Notes: generated by a model not told the origin, from the sequence alone. DNA of 64,000 nucleotides from Antedon mediterranea (GCF_964355755.1 NC_092671.1:38450304-38514303); one strand, 5' to 3'. Shown: positions 51,922 to 63,979, numbered from the stretch's first letter. Program-made: numbers and translations.

Positions 51922-54789
51922 TAATATATAATTTTATTTGGAACAATAAAAGGGAAAAGATAAAAAGAAAAACTCTAATTGGTGATGTTGAGATGGGAGG
52001 CATTAAAATGCCTGATTTTACTCTTCATGTTAACGCACTCATGTGTGGCTGGCTAAAAAGAATTATGAATGATGATGGTGCTAAATGGAAAAATATTCCA
52101 ATGTATTATATTAAAAAAATATGTGATGTTAATGTTTTACTTAATATGTCATGTTATAACATTATTGATGTTAATTCTGATAAAATTCCACTGTTTTACA
52201 AAAATATGATAAAAGCCTACATAAATTATAACAGAATCTCTAAAAAAAAACCTGAAACTTATAACGATATAATGAATGAGCAACTGTGGGGAAACCACTA
52301 CGTTAAACTAAAAAAAAAATCGCTTTTCTACAAGCATTGGATTGACAGTGGCATTATCAGTATTAAAGACATTGTTAATAAGAACACTTTTTTAACATCA
52401 AACGAAATACTGGTGAAACTACAATGTAAAACAAACTGGTTAAATGAGTATTTGTGCATTATTAAGGCAATACCAATTCAATGGAAACGTATTATTAAGG
52501 AGGTAGATATTTTCAATTGTGATGATAATGATGAATTAGTTGGGACCAAGTATGAGATTAATACTACCAAACTCATATACTCATGGTTTGTGAAAGAATA
52601 TTTCATTACTCCAATGTCACAACTAAAATGGGAAGAGTACTTCAATGATAACAACATTGATTGGAAAACTTCTTGGTTACGGAAAGTATGTAAAATGGAA
52701 GATAAGAAACTAGCACAATTCAATTATAAGATGTTACATAGAATACTGCCTACCAACAAACGGCTGTATCAGTGGAAAGTTAAGGAAACACAAACGTGTG
52801 ACAAATGTGGAGAAATTGAAAATGAAAATCATTTGTTTTTTAGTTGTAGATTTATTCAGAAATATTGGAGGAAAATGCTTAGTATCTTTGTAAGTTTAAA
52901 AAATCACAATAATATATCATTTAAACAATTAATACTAGGAACGGGAGATAAGCTAATAGATTATATTTACACTTTTGCAGCATTTACTATTTATAGAATA
53001 AAAATGTTATCTGCACTAAGGGTCTGTTTCTGCTGCATAACGCAATTTAACCGGTTATTTTAAAATAGATTAAAAATAGATAACAATAACAAGACCGCGT
53101 TTCTGCTCAATTTGTGCTCCGAAATAACCGGTTAAATCTATGGGTGGTTGTCGAGCAAAACGTCATCATTACCCAAAATGCAATACACTCAGACGGAAGT
53201 AGAAGTTGGCTGTTTGTTTACATCGACGTCGTGAGTACACACGTGTGTATTATATCGCCGAACATCTCACTCAAACATGTAAAAAAAATAAAATGTTGTC
53301 TCCAGGTCTACAAGTTTTGTTTTTTGTAAAGCCTACTTACATCGCTAATAAAATTAATTCTCATGGCGCCTTCAATAACATGATAGGGAGGGCCGTGCAG
53401 CGCCCGATCGCCTAAACTAGGATAATTTTTATCCTCAACAAAGGCGATGACATACGGCCCTTCCCACGTGAACGACTGTTGTCTTTCGCGAGCGCGGTCC
53501 TACAAAACACCAAACGGAAACAAAAACGAGACTCAGAATGTTGCAATACTTACCAAACGAGAGTAGATAATTGTTAATTAATTATGAAAACCCAACTTTT
53601 ATAGCAAAAATCGTCCGAATTTATGTTAAAAACGATGAGTTTAGCCACAAAAACTTAAATCAAACGAGAGTATCCAAGTCATAGAATATCGCACGCATAT
53701 AGTGCCTTTAATAAAATAATGAGTATTGAACATTATTTCGTATATTTATGTACTAACATAAATAATAACACATTTCTATGCTTAATAAAATCATATTTAA
53801 TATATTATCAAAGGCTCTGATTACCTTTGTTTTCGGTCGATGTGATGTTTTTCTAAAGAATTATATTATGTAAAACGATCAAAGTAAGAATGTTCATTGT
53901 TCTCCTATTAAAGGCACTAAGGGCATGCCATAAATACGCTCGTTTGGATTAAGTTTTTGTTGCTAAATTCATCGTTTATAACATAAATTCGGATGATTTT
54001 TGCTATAAAATTTGGGTTTTCATAATTAATTAACCATTATCTACTATCATTTGGTAGGTATTTGCAACATTCTGAGTTCCTTTTGTTTCCGTTTTGGTGT
54101 TTATATAGGGGACCATCCATACCCTTCGCGAGCGTGTACTAACGCCTCAAATTGCTTAGCTTGGGTAGTCCCCGGAACTCCACCCCAAACTCCTCTTTTA
54201 CTTTCGCAAAAATGCTCTTATTTATTATCTGTGATTCTTTTCTATTCCCTGCCATCCTTCCCCGTACTTTCTCTCCCCCCACAACTGAATAACATATCTT
54301 GTGATTTCATTCATCCACATACATGTTCACTTCTTCGTTCGACTGTCAAAACCACGAGGAAAACACACATCGTATGCGACGGTATCTGACCCGGGGTCAC
54401 AACTGTCAATCAAATAACCGTTATTTCGTGTTGCAGCTAAGAATTGCTCAGCGATAACCGGTTAAACGGCGTTCTAACACCGATTTAAATTGGTGTTTTT
54501 AACCGGTTATTTTGCGCTGCCTTTTAACCGGTTACCACAAATGTGTCCTGTTTCTGCTGCCAAGAAAATGGAGTTAATTTATTCACACTGATTTTAATTT
54601 ATTCACACCGATTTTAACCGGTTATTTTCTATGCAGCAGAAACAGGCCCTTAATAAGCCAGTGGGTAAATCTTTATGGAATTCATTTAAAAGCAATATGT
54701 TATATAATATTGAATGTGAAACATATAACAATAAAGAAACAAGTATAGAAAAATGGGTAGCTTTAAGAAATAAGATTATGATAATATAA
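51922..54789 (+). mobile_element. L1/Tx1-like LINE ORF2 3' portion (post-RT region plus zf-RVT), interrupted by Harbinger copy 2
   Basis: LIYNFIW...KIKR...GGIKMPD, LWGNH, FNYKMLHRILPTN...CDKCGEIENENHLFFSC; the frame resumes at 54650 (NKPVG...IEKWVALRNKIMII*). Confidence 0.9.
53020..54649 (+). mobile_element. 1.6-kb non-autonomous PIF/Harbinger element, copy 2
   Basis: Same TIRs; flanks TAA / TTA; removing it restores the LINE reading frame with a net gain of 3 nt. Confidence 0.9.
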
Positions 54790-56220
54790 TTTCTAATTTG
54801 ATACGATCAACCGAAAAAGAATTACAGTGATACGGGTTACTGGTGGTACTGAGCTATTATTGTTTTTTTTTTATCATGTATATAAATATATTGTATAATC
54901 CGGGTTGTAAAATGAAAACAAACAAATGAAAATGTGTGAACTATTTTAAAACGGGATAGATGATAATGATGATCCTGTCAAGTGTATAACAAAATATAAG
55001 AAAATTAATGAAAAAAGGAGTAATACAGAATTCATATATGTAAAAATGTTACTTATGAACTGTAACGACATTTACAAATTAAATAATACGATTTTATGTA
55101 ATATGAGATAACATGAATGTGAATAAAAGTGGTGTTTGTGCCACAAAAGAGAAAAAAACAAAAGAAACAGGCCCTATGATAATTTATCACCACAATACTA
55201 TTTGTACATGCTTGACTACTTGTGGTTTCTAACAATTGTGTTAAGCATTGTCACAAAGTATGGCTCACAATGAGTCAGCTACTACTACTGTAAGCTAACT
55301 ATTATATCCATATAAACTGTTTTATTGGAGCTTTAGAGTCTTGTAACACTATATAAGGAAGTTGTAAAACAATTATTACATTGTAGATTAGCTTATTTAA
55401 GCCAATATATCTGGCTGGCTGGAAGAATACTGGACTACTGTATCCAAGTCACCACAAATTAATTAATATTGATAATTTATGATCAGTCAGGATGGTTTAG
55501 CTAAATTTTAATATTTTATGTTCAATAATTTAATTAGCAGCTACTAGTGTAAACTAAAAATTTAAAAATTATGATTAAAATTTTAGTAGTAGTAGTAAGC
55601 CTACACAAGTTTGTTGTTCGATGGTTTAATTATTATTATAATCAATCCTAATCAATAATCAATACCAGGTGTCAATCTACTATATTTGGCACACCAACGT
55701 GATTGACACCACTGGACTGTGGCGCTTAGTTGAAAACAAGTGTTTACGATGATACCAGTCACATTTGAAATCAGTTGTATATTATTTTTTTCATGATAAA
55801 ATCAACTTTTAGTATTTTGTGTGGAATGCTATGCTGCTTGCTAAAAAGTATTTAGCCTTATTTATTACCGTATCCCTCTACAAATCATCTTTAATTCATA
55901 AGTAAACATGAAAAACCCATTTAACACTCTGCTGGCATATTCAGTAGGTAGCACCACAGCGGTACGGTATGGAAGAAGAGATGATTAGACAGTAATCTAG
56001 GCTTCCTAATCATCTATTTTAGAAGCCTAGTCCGATTGGGATTACGGAGGCTAACTAAACATCTACCGTCAATGATTTATAGACCGGCGGTTGTTGCATG
56101 GTCCAATGTTTTTAGTAGGCCTACAACTCCGTTCATTTCTTAGCCTAGATTATTATTACGTAACGTTACCTGTCCATCATTTAAAAACAATTTAACAAAC
56201 CCCAAATACACCATACTTAC

Positions 56221-56700
56221 TGTATTTACTTTCTATACAAAATTAACAGATACTACACGATAATAATCACCTTTTTGACTTCCTTTTCCGCTGTGAAAGG
56301 ATTTATAACCGTGACAGTGACACTACCAGCAACCAGGTGTTGTTCTGTTGTTTTAAAATACGAACTGGTGCTTCCTTTCCTTTATGACAAGCGCCCTCAG
56401 CAAAGTCTGCGTACATGAACATTTTTTGAATATTAATTAGTACCTGAGATCATACTTAATTAATTAGTAAGGTTCTTCACATTATTTTACTTGCCTGGCT
56501 GTCCAAAAACAAAAAATGTAGTGGTATTATTCGTACATAAGATAGCGAATGATTTGCTTAGGTCCTTTGCAATTTCAGCAAGATGTATTTCATCGGTGTC
56601 ACTTTCCGTCTGCGCATTTTGGGTTCGCGTGCACATCGTTTCCGATTTGTGTTGGTACGCGCGCGTTTTACTAGTGAATGCGGGTCAAACTGTACTATGG
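56221..56700. promoter_or_regulatory. Putative bidirectional promoter, with a candidate non-coding first exon of GULP1 (minus-strand donor at 56220)
   Basis: Local CpG enrichment (tacgcgcgcgt, tgcgcat); minus-strand ACA|gtaagtatg at 56221/56220; lies between divergent genes. Confidence 0.4.
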
Positions 56701-56778
56701 AAACGGCAATAATAAACATTCAATCGAAACGCTAAAACATACTGACCACATCTGCTAGAAATCTAAGAGAATTAATAA

Positions 56779-56794
56779 ATGGATATGCCAAATG
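56779..56794 (+). CDS. Orphan gene exon 1
   Basis: ATG GAT ATG CCA AAT G|gtaaga; phase 1 matches the acceptor ttttattaag| at 56904. Confidence 0.7.
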
Positions 56795-56904
56795 GTAAGA
56801 TAGTTTATTTATGTAATATTTGTATTATATAATACTGTAATTTCATTGATTATTAAATTGATTTGGCCTATACTGTACAACAATTCATCTTTTTTTTTAT
56901 TAAG

Positions 56905-57791
56905 GTCCTGTGCATAAGTCTGGGACGCACCGTAGACATGAACCGGACAACCGAGAGCGCTCTCTCGAATTACCGCTATCGTTTAGAAGATCTAAACAAG
57001 TCCCAGTAAATTCAACAAATGATTGTGATGTTGGAACAAACAGAAACTTGCTAGCAAGTGCCCGTTCTGAGATTCAACGGTTTACTGATCTGATGTCCGA
57101 TTACGTCGACTTAGCCGATAGACGAGTTACAAACATACAAGAACCACCGGCTGATGCTTTCCCCGGAGGAACGATAGATGAAAAAATACAATATTATGAA
57201 AACAGACGTCTGAGGTGTGCACACGCATACGAAATGAGTTTGAAATCAAGAAAACGTGATGAAAATGCGAAGAATTTACAGATTTTCCCAGATGACGATT
57301 TTAGAGAGAGATATTTTCGGAGAAAAGAAATGAGGATGAAAATGAAACGCGAAGCGGAGGAAGAATTTGCACAGCTATGCGAACACATAGTTGAAATCAG
57401 ACAACGTAAATTTAATCGTGCTAATAGTATAGACGATGTTCAAGAAGTAGGACATTCCCGCCAAAATGAGGAATCACAGGCGTTACTGACTAGACGACAG
57501 TTAGTTGGGAACGAAGATAGGAATAGAGTAATGGATCATAGTGCTGGTGATGGAGCAACGAACCAACACCAAGGAGATGTAATGGCACATGGTGACGAGA
57601 CCATGACGCCAGCCATCGATGGTGATAACGCAACAGTAGGCAGTAATCAACAGGAAGGTATTCCTACCCAACCTCACCGCCGCCGTTGGCGAATTCGTGT
57701 TCCGTGGCTTCGACGGATCTGGCAATGGGTACGCAGGAATCGACGGCGAAACAGCAGAACTATCCCGGATACTGCAGCAGACAATCAATAG
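56905..57791 (+). CDS. Orphan gene exon 2; uncharacterised ~300-aa protein with a charged helical middle and a Trp/Arg-rich C-terminal segment
   Basis: Long open frame with higher GC than its flanks and protein-like composition; no family recognised. Confidence 0.8.
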
Positions 57792-57972
57792 TGTATTTTT
57801 TTTAAATTTCATGATGTTTGTATTTCAAAATGTGAATTAAACAAGATTTCATAGCAAAACGAGTTTTAAATTTTATTGTTCACACACAAGAAGCTGGAAA
57901 TCATTTCCAAAATCAAAAGCTGATTATTTTTTTTTAACTCCTATAATAATACTGTAGCATGGTATATAATTA

Positions 57973-58156
57973 GAAAAGTTAAAAGACCAGTTGGCAGACC
58001 AAAAACTACCTGGATAGGAAACATAAACAAAGAACTCAAATACATCGATAGCAAAGTTAATGACAGACCCTCAGACCACCGAAAGAGAGTCATGGAAACG
58101 ATTAGCGTACGCAATGTCTACCCAAGGCGAATAGCGTAACGGATGATGATGATGAT
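57973..58156 (+). mobile_element. RTE-clade LINE 3' fragment
   Basis: KVKRPVGRPKTTWIGNINKEL...RESWKRL followed by a (GAT)n tail. Confidence 0.75.
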
Positions 58157-58569
58157 GGTATATAACATCATAAAAATACACTTTTTCCTCAACGTAAACA
58201 AACACACATTTTTAGACGTATAATACTGTTTTTTAGCCAGCGACTCAAAAAAACCTCGGCCCCCTCGCAATGTCTTGTTTCTGAAAACAATACTATGCGG
58301 GGATCGAGGTTCTGGAATTATTTATTCGACCCAACTCCCCACTCTTAAACTCATTGAAACGAACGCGATATTCCTTTACTATATAAACTAAATAAATAAA
58401 TTGTAGCAAAGAACTTGTTGATTGCACTTTTGTCAATTATAATGTATGAAACAATTGTTTTGTCGAAGTTGATAATGTAAACTCTTTACATTATTAAATT
58501 ATAATAGGATAGTTTTATGTTAACATTATTGCGAAAATATCATTTTAAAGAAACTAAAACAACAGTTGT

Positions 58570-58770
58570 TGCTGATGCAACCGGAAAAAATAAACCGGGA
58601 AAGGTGGTCCTTTAAAATTGAACACTGTTCATAATGTATTCCATCTGTCTCTTGTGTATTGTTTCACTGTCACACGTGTTAGTATCGAGCGCGTAACATC
58701 GACGCGCGCTAGAGAGAAATACGCTCATTTTCATCTCAAAAGGGGAATTCCCTTCAAAATTTCCTTAGTT
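58570..58770 (+). promoter_or_regulatory. Putative promoter of the ZXD-like gene
   Basis: CpG cluster (gcgcgtaacatcgacgcgcgc), ETS-like accggaa, palindromic GGGAATTCCC. Confidence 0.4.
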
Positions 58771-59312
58771 CAGAACTCTACTCAATCTTGTCAAGCTTGT
58801 TAGTGAAACCCACTATATCATTTTTAAATAATATAAATTATTGTTTTTTATTTATTTTACACTTTTTATTATTTTAATTTATCGAAATCGTAATTCTCTC
58901 CTCAAACTTAAATCCTTTTTGATAATAATCTATAAAATCGTATTTGTTGTTTTTTTATTTTATATATATACAGTATATATATATATAGTATTTCCCAATG
59001 CCTGAACGTACGTCTGTACTGGGTATGTGGCTGGCAATAAAATAAGCAAATACAATCCATCAAACGAAACTTTTTATTTATTAATTTTTCAAATTTTTAA
59101 CACGCTTTTTTGTTGGTTTGTGTAAGTGAAATATGTAGCCGCTGCTTTCCAAATAAATTTAGATTGATATACTCATGGAGTTCTCCATGATATACTGTAG
59201 TATTAATTTTGAAATGCTGTGTATTCAGTATAAATTAGTATATCGCCCTCTATCTATATCACGTGTTAACCTAGCCCTGAAAAATATTCTTTGAAAGACC
59301 CATTGAAAAGGT

Positions 59313-60579
59313 ATGGACGGGCCCCTCCTTTCGGAAACTCAGGGGCCCATAACAACAGAAGCAGAAGAGGCTTCTGATGTGGGAAGTTCACCATTGAATT
59401 TAGGAGGCATTATAACACCAAAAACCACAAGAAAACAATCAAAAAACAGCAGCTGGATTGAGAATGTGTCATTTGAAGATAGTGATAGATCTCAATTTCG
59501 AATTCAAGATGGCGGAGCGGGTGCATTCGATCAAAGGGCTAACGAAGAAACATTTTTACTTCCTCCGACAACAACGGATGATTCAATTGTGGCTGTTGCT
59601 GAACCAACAAGCATCATTCTGTGCGAAGCAACGGGTCAATCCACCTTAGATATTGCTGATATGCTAAATAGTCAAGACTCAGGAATATTATCAGCCGGAG
59701 ATGATAATACATTTACGTTAACTGGTGAGCAAACTCACGCGAAATTAATAATAAATAAGCCGGTTGAGATGAAAGAAAACCCGGAAGTGCATTCTGCGAT
59801 GCCTGGAGGCAGTTGTATTGTTTCTGTGGAGGATGCGGCGGCGGCAAATTTCAAACTCCCAAATGTAAACAAAACATTAAATGCCAACAACGCAATCCGA
59901 GCAAACAGTTTTGACCTAGATATGACAAATTTAGGATTGACACAAGATGGTGGGACTGGGCTGGCTCCCATTTTAACCGATACTGGAGAACTAGTAAATG
60001 GGCTTGTAAACATTGATCCCGGTGACGCCGGTGGAAAAGAATATGATGAGGTCGATGGAAAATCCTCGACTGGAACGGATGTCAGCACGGCGAATATTGA
60101 TCAGGTTCTAATTGATGCAAATCAGCTGGCAGTCGCTGTTGAATCATTAAATGGTTCTGCCATTGATACATCGACCGGTGCGACAACAATCAATTCTAAT
60201 GTACTGCAACTAAACCTCAGTAGTATTTCACCAGTTTCGCTTGCTTCACTCGTTGGTAATGGACAGAATCAACCTCTGATTTATTTTTTTACCAGTCAAG
60301 AGAAAACTGGCGCAGTTCAGAGGTTTCAGGTCGCCATGGATCCGACCTCTCCAGCAACCGTTGGTGATCTTCAGTTAGAAATGGCGGATTCTGTCGATGC
60401 CAGTACACCGTTAGAAGCTAATAAATTGTTGACGCACATAGAAGAAGGGAAAAACGATCAAGAGCCAATGGAAACCAGTACGCAGCTGGACACTGATGGA
60501 GAAAATGTGCCAATGTTGTCAGTTCTTGATGTTATACAACTCAGTGATGGAAACCAAGCATTTGTCCTTGATGGCACAG
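59313..60579 (+). CDS. ZXDC: ZXD-family zinc-finger gene, large acidic/low-complexity N-terminal exon
   Basis: 422-codon open frame ending ACA G|gtactg, phase 1, in frame with the downstream ZXD fingers. Confidence 0.8.
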
Positions 60580-60692
60580 GTACTGACATACCATTCGGTT
60601 TTTCTGTGTTTATTTTTATTGTAATTATTAGTATTGCTGTTATTATTTGCAGACACACATTAATTTAATAATCCTTTTGATCTTGTTTACAG

Positions 60693-60784
60693 GTAATGCC
60701 ACTACTAGCAGTGTTAGTGCACCTGTTGAGCAACCAAATGTCAAATTAAAAAAAGAAACCAAGAAGAAGAAAAAGAAAATCAAG
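60693..60784 (+). CDS. ZXDC: ZXD-like exon (lysine-rich, NLS-like) with a probable GC donor
   Basis: tttacag|(G)NATTSSVSAPVEQPNVKLKKETKKKKKKIK|gcaaga. Confidence 0.7.
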
Positions 60785-60919
60785 GCAAGATATAAAAACT
60801 TGGAAATACATCATTGCTAACTAAATACCACACTCACTTTTAATATTTAATGTACATGGAAGTTGTTTTTTAAACAACCGTTTTCCTTTTCATAAACTTT
60901 GTTGTTTTTAAACCAATAG

Positions 60920-61523
60920 TTTTTTTTCACGCTGCTGCTCTAGCCCGCTACGTCCCATTAGGACTACTCAATCAGAAGCTAAAGCAAGCAGCAGTTATAG
61001 TTCTAAGGACAGACAGTTTTGTGAAAATGGAAATTCCACTATGATTTATTGATTCCAGCTGCTACAGTAGACCCAAAAAACGGCTGGGAAAGAGTCTATT
61101 AGGACATGTCATGCTAAAATTACAAATCCCTATATTCACTGTCAGTGTCAGATATTCATTGAATTATTATCGAAACAGTCCATTAAAGTTTGTGTTTGTA
61201 ATAGGATACTTCACAATTGAAATATCTAGGGTGATGAAGTGACCCCCAGATTTGACCTTAGCAATAAAATTAACTAAAGTGACAGAAATTGAGTATTCAC
61301 TTCTGTAACAAAAAAGTAATATTTATTCAAATATAAAAAATGAAAAGAAACCCAAAAACCATTGTCTGACAGACAATTTAAGTATTTGTTGCTTTAAATT
61401 ACTTTTTTTCAGGTAAAATAACTATCTAGTATGTGACAATAAAATGACACATTCAAAAACATTTGAAATAAAAAATATTTTTCAATAAGCGAGCAGCGTT
61501 TTTTGTAAGAAATATTTCTTGTT
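60920..61523 (+). mobile_element. HINE/DINE-1-like element, second copy
   Basis: Highly similar to 29027-29633. Confidence 0.75.
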
Positions 61524-61532
61524 ATATTTTAG

Positions 61533-61637
61533 GAAGATGAACCGGAGCAGAAGTGTGTAGAATGTGGAGAATTGTTACCAAACAAAGCCAGGCTAAAAGT
61601 GCATATGTTATCACACAAGACGGATAGGCCTTTCAAG
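61533..61637 (+). CDS. ZXDC: ZXD-like exon, C2H2 finger 1
   Basis: EDEPEQKCVECGELLPNKARLKVHMLSHKTDRPFK|gtaaat. Confidence 0.92.
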
Positions 61638-61683
61638 GTAAATAATACATACTCTTGCAAATCTCTAACTAGTTTTGTTCTAA

Positions 61684-61805
61684 AGCTCTGTCTACACTAT
61701 CAAAATGTGTGCCCAAATATCGTAGTGATAATATAACATCATCATGTTCATATATGGGTACATCACACTTTGTTGTCACATAAAGTTTGATAGTGTAGAC
61801 AGCGT
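61684..61805. mobile_element. MITE family A
   Basis: taa-agctctgtctacactatcaaa...tttgatagtgtagacag. Confidence 0.85.
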
Positions 61806-61855
61806 TTTAATCGCATTCATTATAATGTAATTTTATTTTTTTATTTTTTTCTTAG

Positions 61856-61945
61856 TGCGATGTAGAAGATTGTGGCTGGTCATTTCAAACGTTATATAAA
61901 TTAAAACGACACAAGCTGGGACATAACGGCAATAAACCATTTGTC
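61856..61945 (+). CDS. ZXDC: ZXD-like exon, finger 2
   Basis: CDVEDCGWSFQTLYKLKRHKLGHNGNKPFV; compare ZXD CGWxFTTSYKLKRH. Confidence 0.94.
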
Positions 61946-62593
61946 GTAAGTTATTATCTATTAGTATTACTACCTCCGCCGAGTTCTCATTTACTGGCCT
62001 AGTTCGTGCACAATAGATTTTTTTTCTTTCTTTGATTAAATTTTTCACACTTGAAAAATAATACAAGTTATGTGAAACAATGATAACAGGTATCATAGTA
62101 ATAAACAATAAGGTAATCAAACTAATAAAAAAACCAACACGAATGTGCGATACTCGGGGTACAGCAAAAGAAGCTGTAATGACGTCATAAGACCGGATGT
62201 AACAGCACATACACATCAATAACCTTGCTACCAAATATGGCTATACGGTACAATCTTCGAGACTCAAAATGGCTGCATCCGGTCGGTTTGAAATTTAAAA
62301 ATCCGGCTCTATAGCTTTGTGGACATGTCCCTGTAGTATATTCATGCCAAATCCCACGAATAAGGGAGTAGTACTTTATAAATCACACTTTTTACTCAAT
62401 AGTGTCCAGATGGAGATGGAGGAGAAAATGAGTAAGTCCTAGACTCTGGTACCCCGAGTAAAAATTTATAGATACTTGTACTTTAGAAAAAACAAAGAAG
62501 TGTGAAAGGAGGTCAAATAAGTAAAAAAGATTACAAATTAGAGTTTTAATAAACAATAAATTCAATTAATCTTGTTTATTTTACTTTATGTAG

Positions 62594-62772
62594 TGTACTG
62601 TGGAGAATTGTGCAAAACCATTTACCACTATATACAACCTCAAGATACACATGAACACGCACTTTAGGCAAAACATAGAAGTATGTGACGTGGAGGGATG
62701 TGAAGAAGTATTCAGTTCTAAAGCTAAGCTTAAAATCCATCAACGAAAACACTTCTTAGATCAACAATTACA
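62594..62772 (+). CDS. ZXDC: ZXD-like exon, fingers 3-4
   Basis: CTVENCAKPFTTIYNLKIHMNTH...CDVEGCEEVFSSKAKLKIHQRKHF; compare FTTVYNLKAHM and AKLSSHQRSHF. Confidence 0.94.
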
Positions 62773-63234
62773 GTAAGTGGCATCAAGTTCATTTGTTTTC
62801 GTTATAGTGTAATTAATGTCTATTCACTGTATTTTAATTTGATACTATAATATGTTGATAAAATACTTTATTTATTTCTTCATTTTTTCTTTTATTTAAT
62901 TTGATTACAAAAATGTTAAAAACAAATGTCCCATTATGAAACAAACCTTCCCACAACTTTAAAACCCATTTATTAATGTAAAATAATGTGCTCGATGATC
63001 CGATGATCTCTTTTTCAATTCAAAGTTATCCTCAAAACTCACCTATTTCAATAGTTATTCTTTTCATATTGTGCTGTTAAATCTCTGGTAAATAGAAAAA
63101 TTATGGTCATATTATGACAGGAAAGATGATATTAATGTGTATAAAAGTTGTGTTTATGCCACAAAAGAGAGAGAAAAAAAAGAGCGCTTTATAAATGTTC
63201 GATATTAAATATTGTTTTTTTTTTAAATTTTAAG

Positions 63235-63430
63235 GTGCACACACCCAGGCTGTGATAAAACGTTTACAACAACCAGTGCTTTAGGCTCTCATCAACGCAT
63301 ACATGAACGAGATGATCATTCATTTCCTTGCCTTGTTGAGGGATGTGGAAAGGTGTATGAAAAGAGCTGTAGACTTAGGCTTCACATGATGTCACACACT
63401 GGTGAAAGACCCTACAAATGTACATTTGAT
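63235..63430 (+). CDS. ZXDC: ZXD-like exon, fingers 5-6
   Basis: CTHPGCDKTFTTTSALGSHQRIH...CLVEGCGKVYEKSCRLRLHMMSHTGERPYKCTFD; compare YDKACRLKIHLRSHTGERP. Confidence 0.95.
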
Positions 63431-63619
63431 GTAAGTTATATCACATTTTTTTTGTCACATAGTGTAGACAAAGCTAACTGGTAGTACTGGTACTGGTTCA
63501 AATAACCGTCTCACAGAGACATCTGGTAGTCATTGACTTAAAGTTGGCATTTGGATGTGTTACTTTTAAATGTACAGTATGAGAGTGACTACTACAAAAT
63601 TGCACAGTCACAAAACAAC

Positions 63620-63890
63620 TTATAAAACAGTTCATATATACAGTTGAAACATTGCTGGGAATTATAAATTTCTGTTGAAGCAGGCTTCAATGAAGTTGCA
63701 TCTAGTAAGTTGACTTTGTTGTACTGATGGTATCTTCCGGCCTCTTTGTTTACTTTGTGTTGTGTGAAAAGTAAGAATTTTTGTAGGATCTTCATTTTCT
63801 TTTCTAATTACATGTCCGATCCAGTTGAATTGTTGCTTGTAGACATATTCTTCTAGCGGTTGAAAGCCAGTAAAGGAATACAAAATACTT
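63620..63890 (-). mobile_element. RTE-clade LINE C-terminal remnant
   Basis: KQQFNWIGHVIRKENEDPTK...KQRGRK matches the WxGHVxR...RGR motif. Confidence 0.7.
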
Positions 63891-63979
63891 GATTATCACA
63901 AACTGTCTATACTAAGGTGAAACGCAAAGTACATAATTGCTTTTATTTATATGCGTTATATTAATATTATTTTTGACAG

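Noticed and set aside
51903-53063. 386-aa ORF as a host gene
   Set aside because: Its ATG and its last ~14 codons come from Harbinger termini; the body is LINE ORF2.
53114-54389. Short ORFs inside the Harbinger element as transposase
   Set aside because: No DDE or Myb motifs, and indels between the two copies break the frames.
50307-54649. Composite transposon carrying the LINE fragment as cargo
   Set aside because: The LINE frame continues beyond the second copy and the outer flanks (TAT/TTA) do not match.
57194-60658. Antisense or alternate-frame ORFs (57194, 57501, 59458, 59735, 60458; also 46625, 39930, 52478)
   Set aside because: Shadows of real coding exons.
60580-60668. C-terminal transmembrane helix of ORF 59313-60668
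   Set aside because: Read-through into a T-rich intron; splicing at 60579 joins the frame to the zinc fingers.
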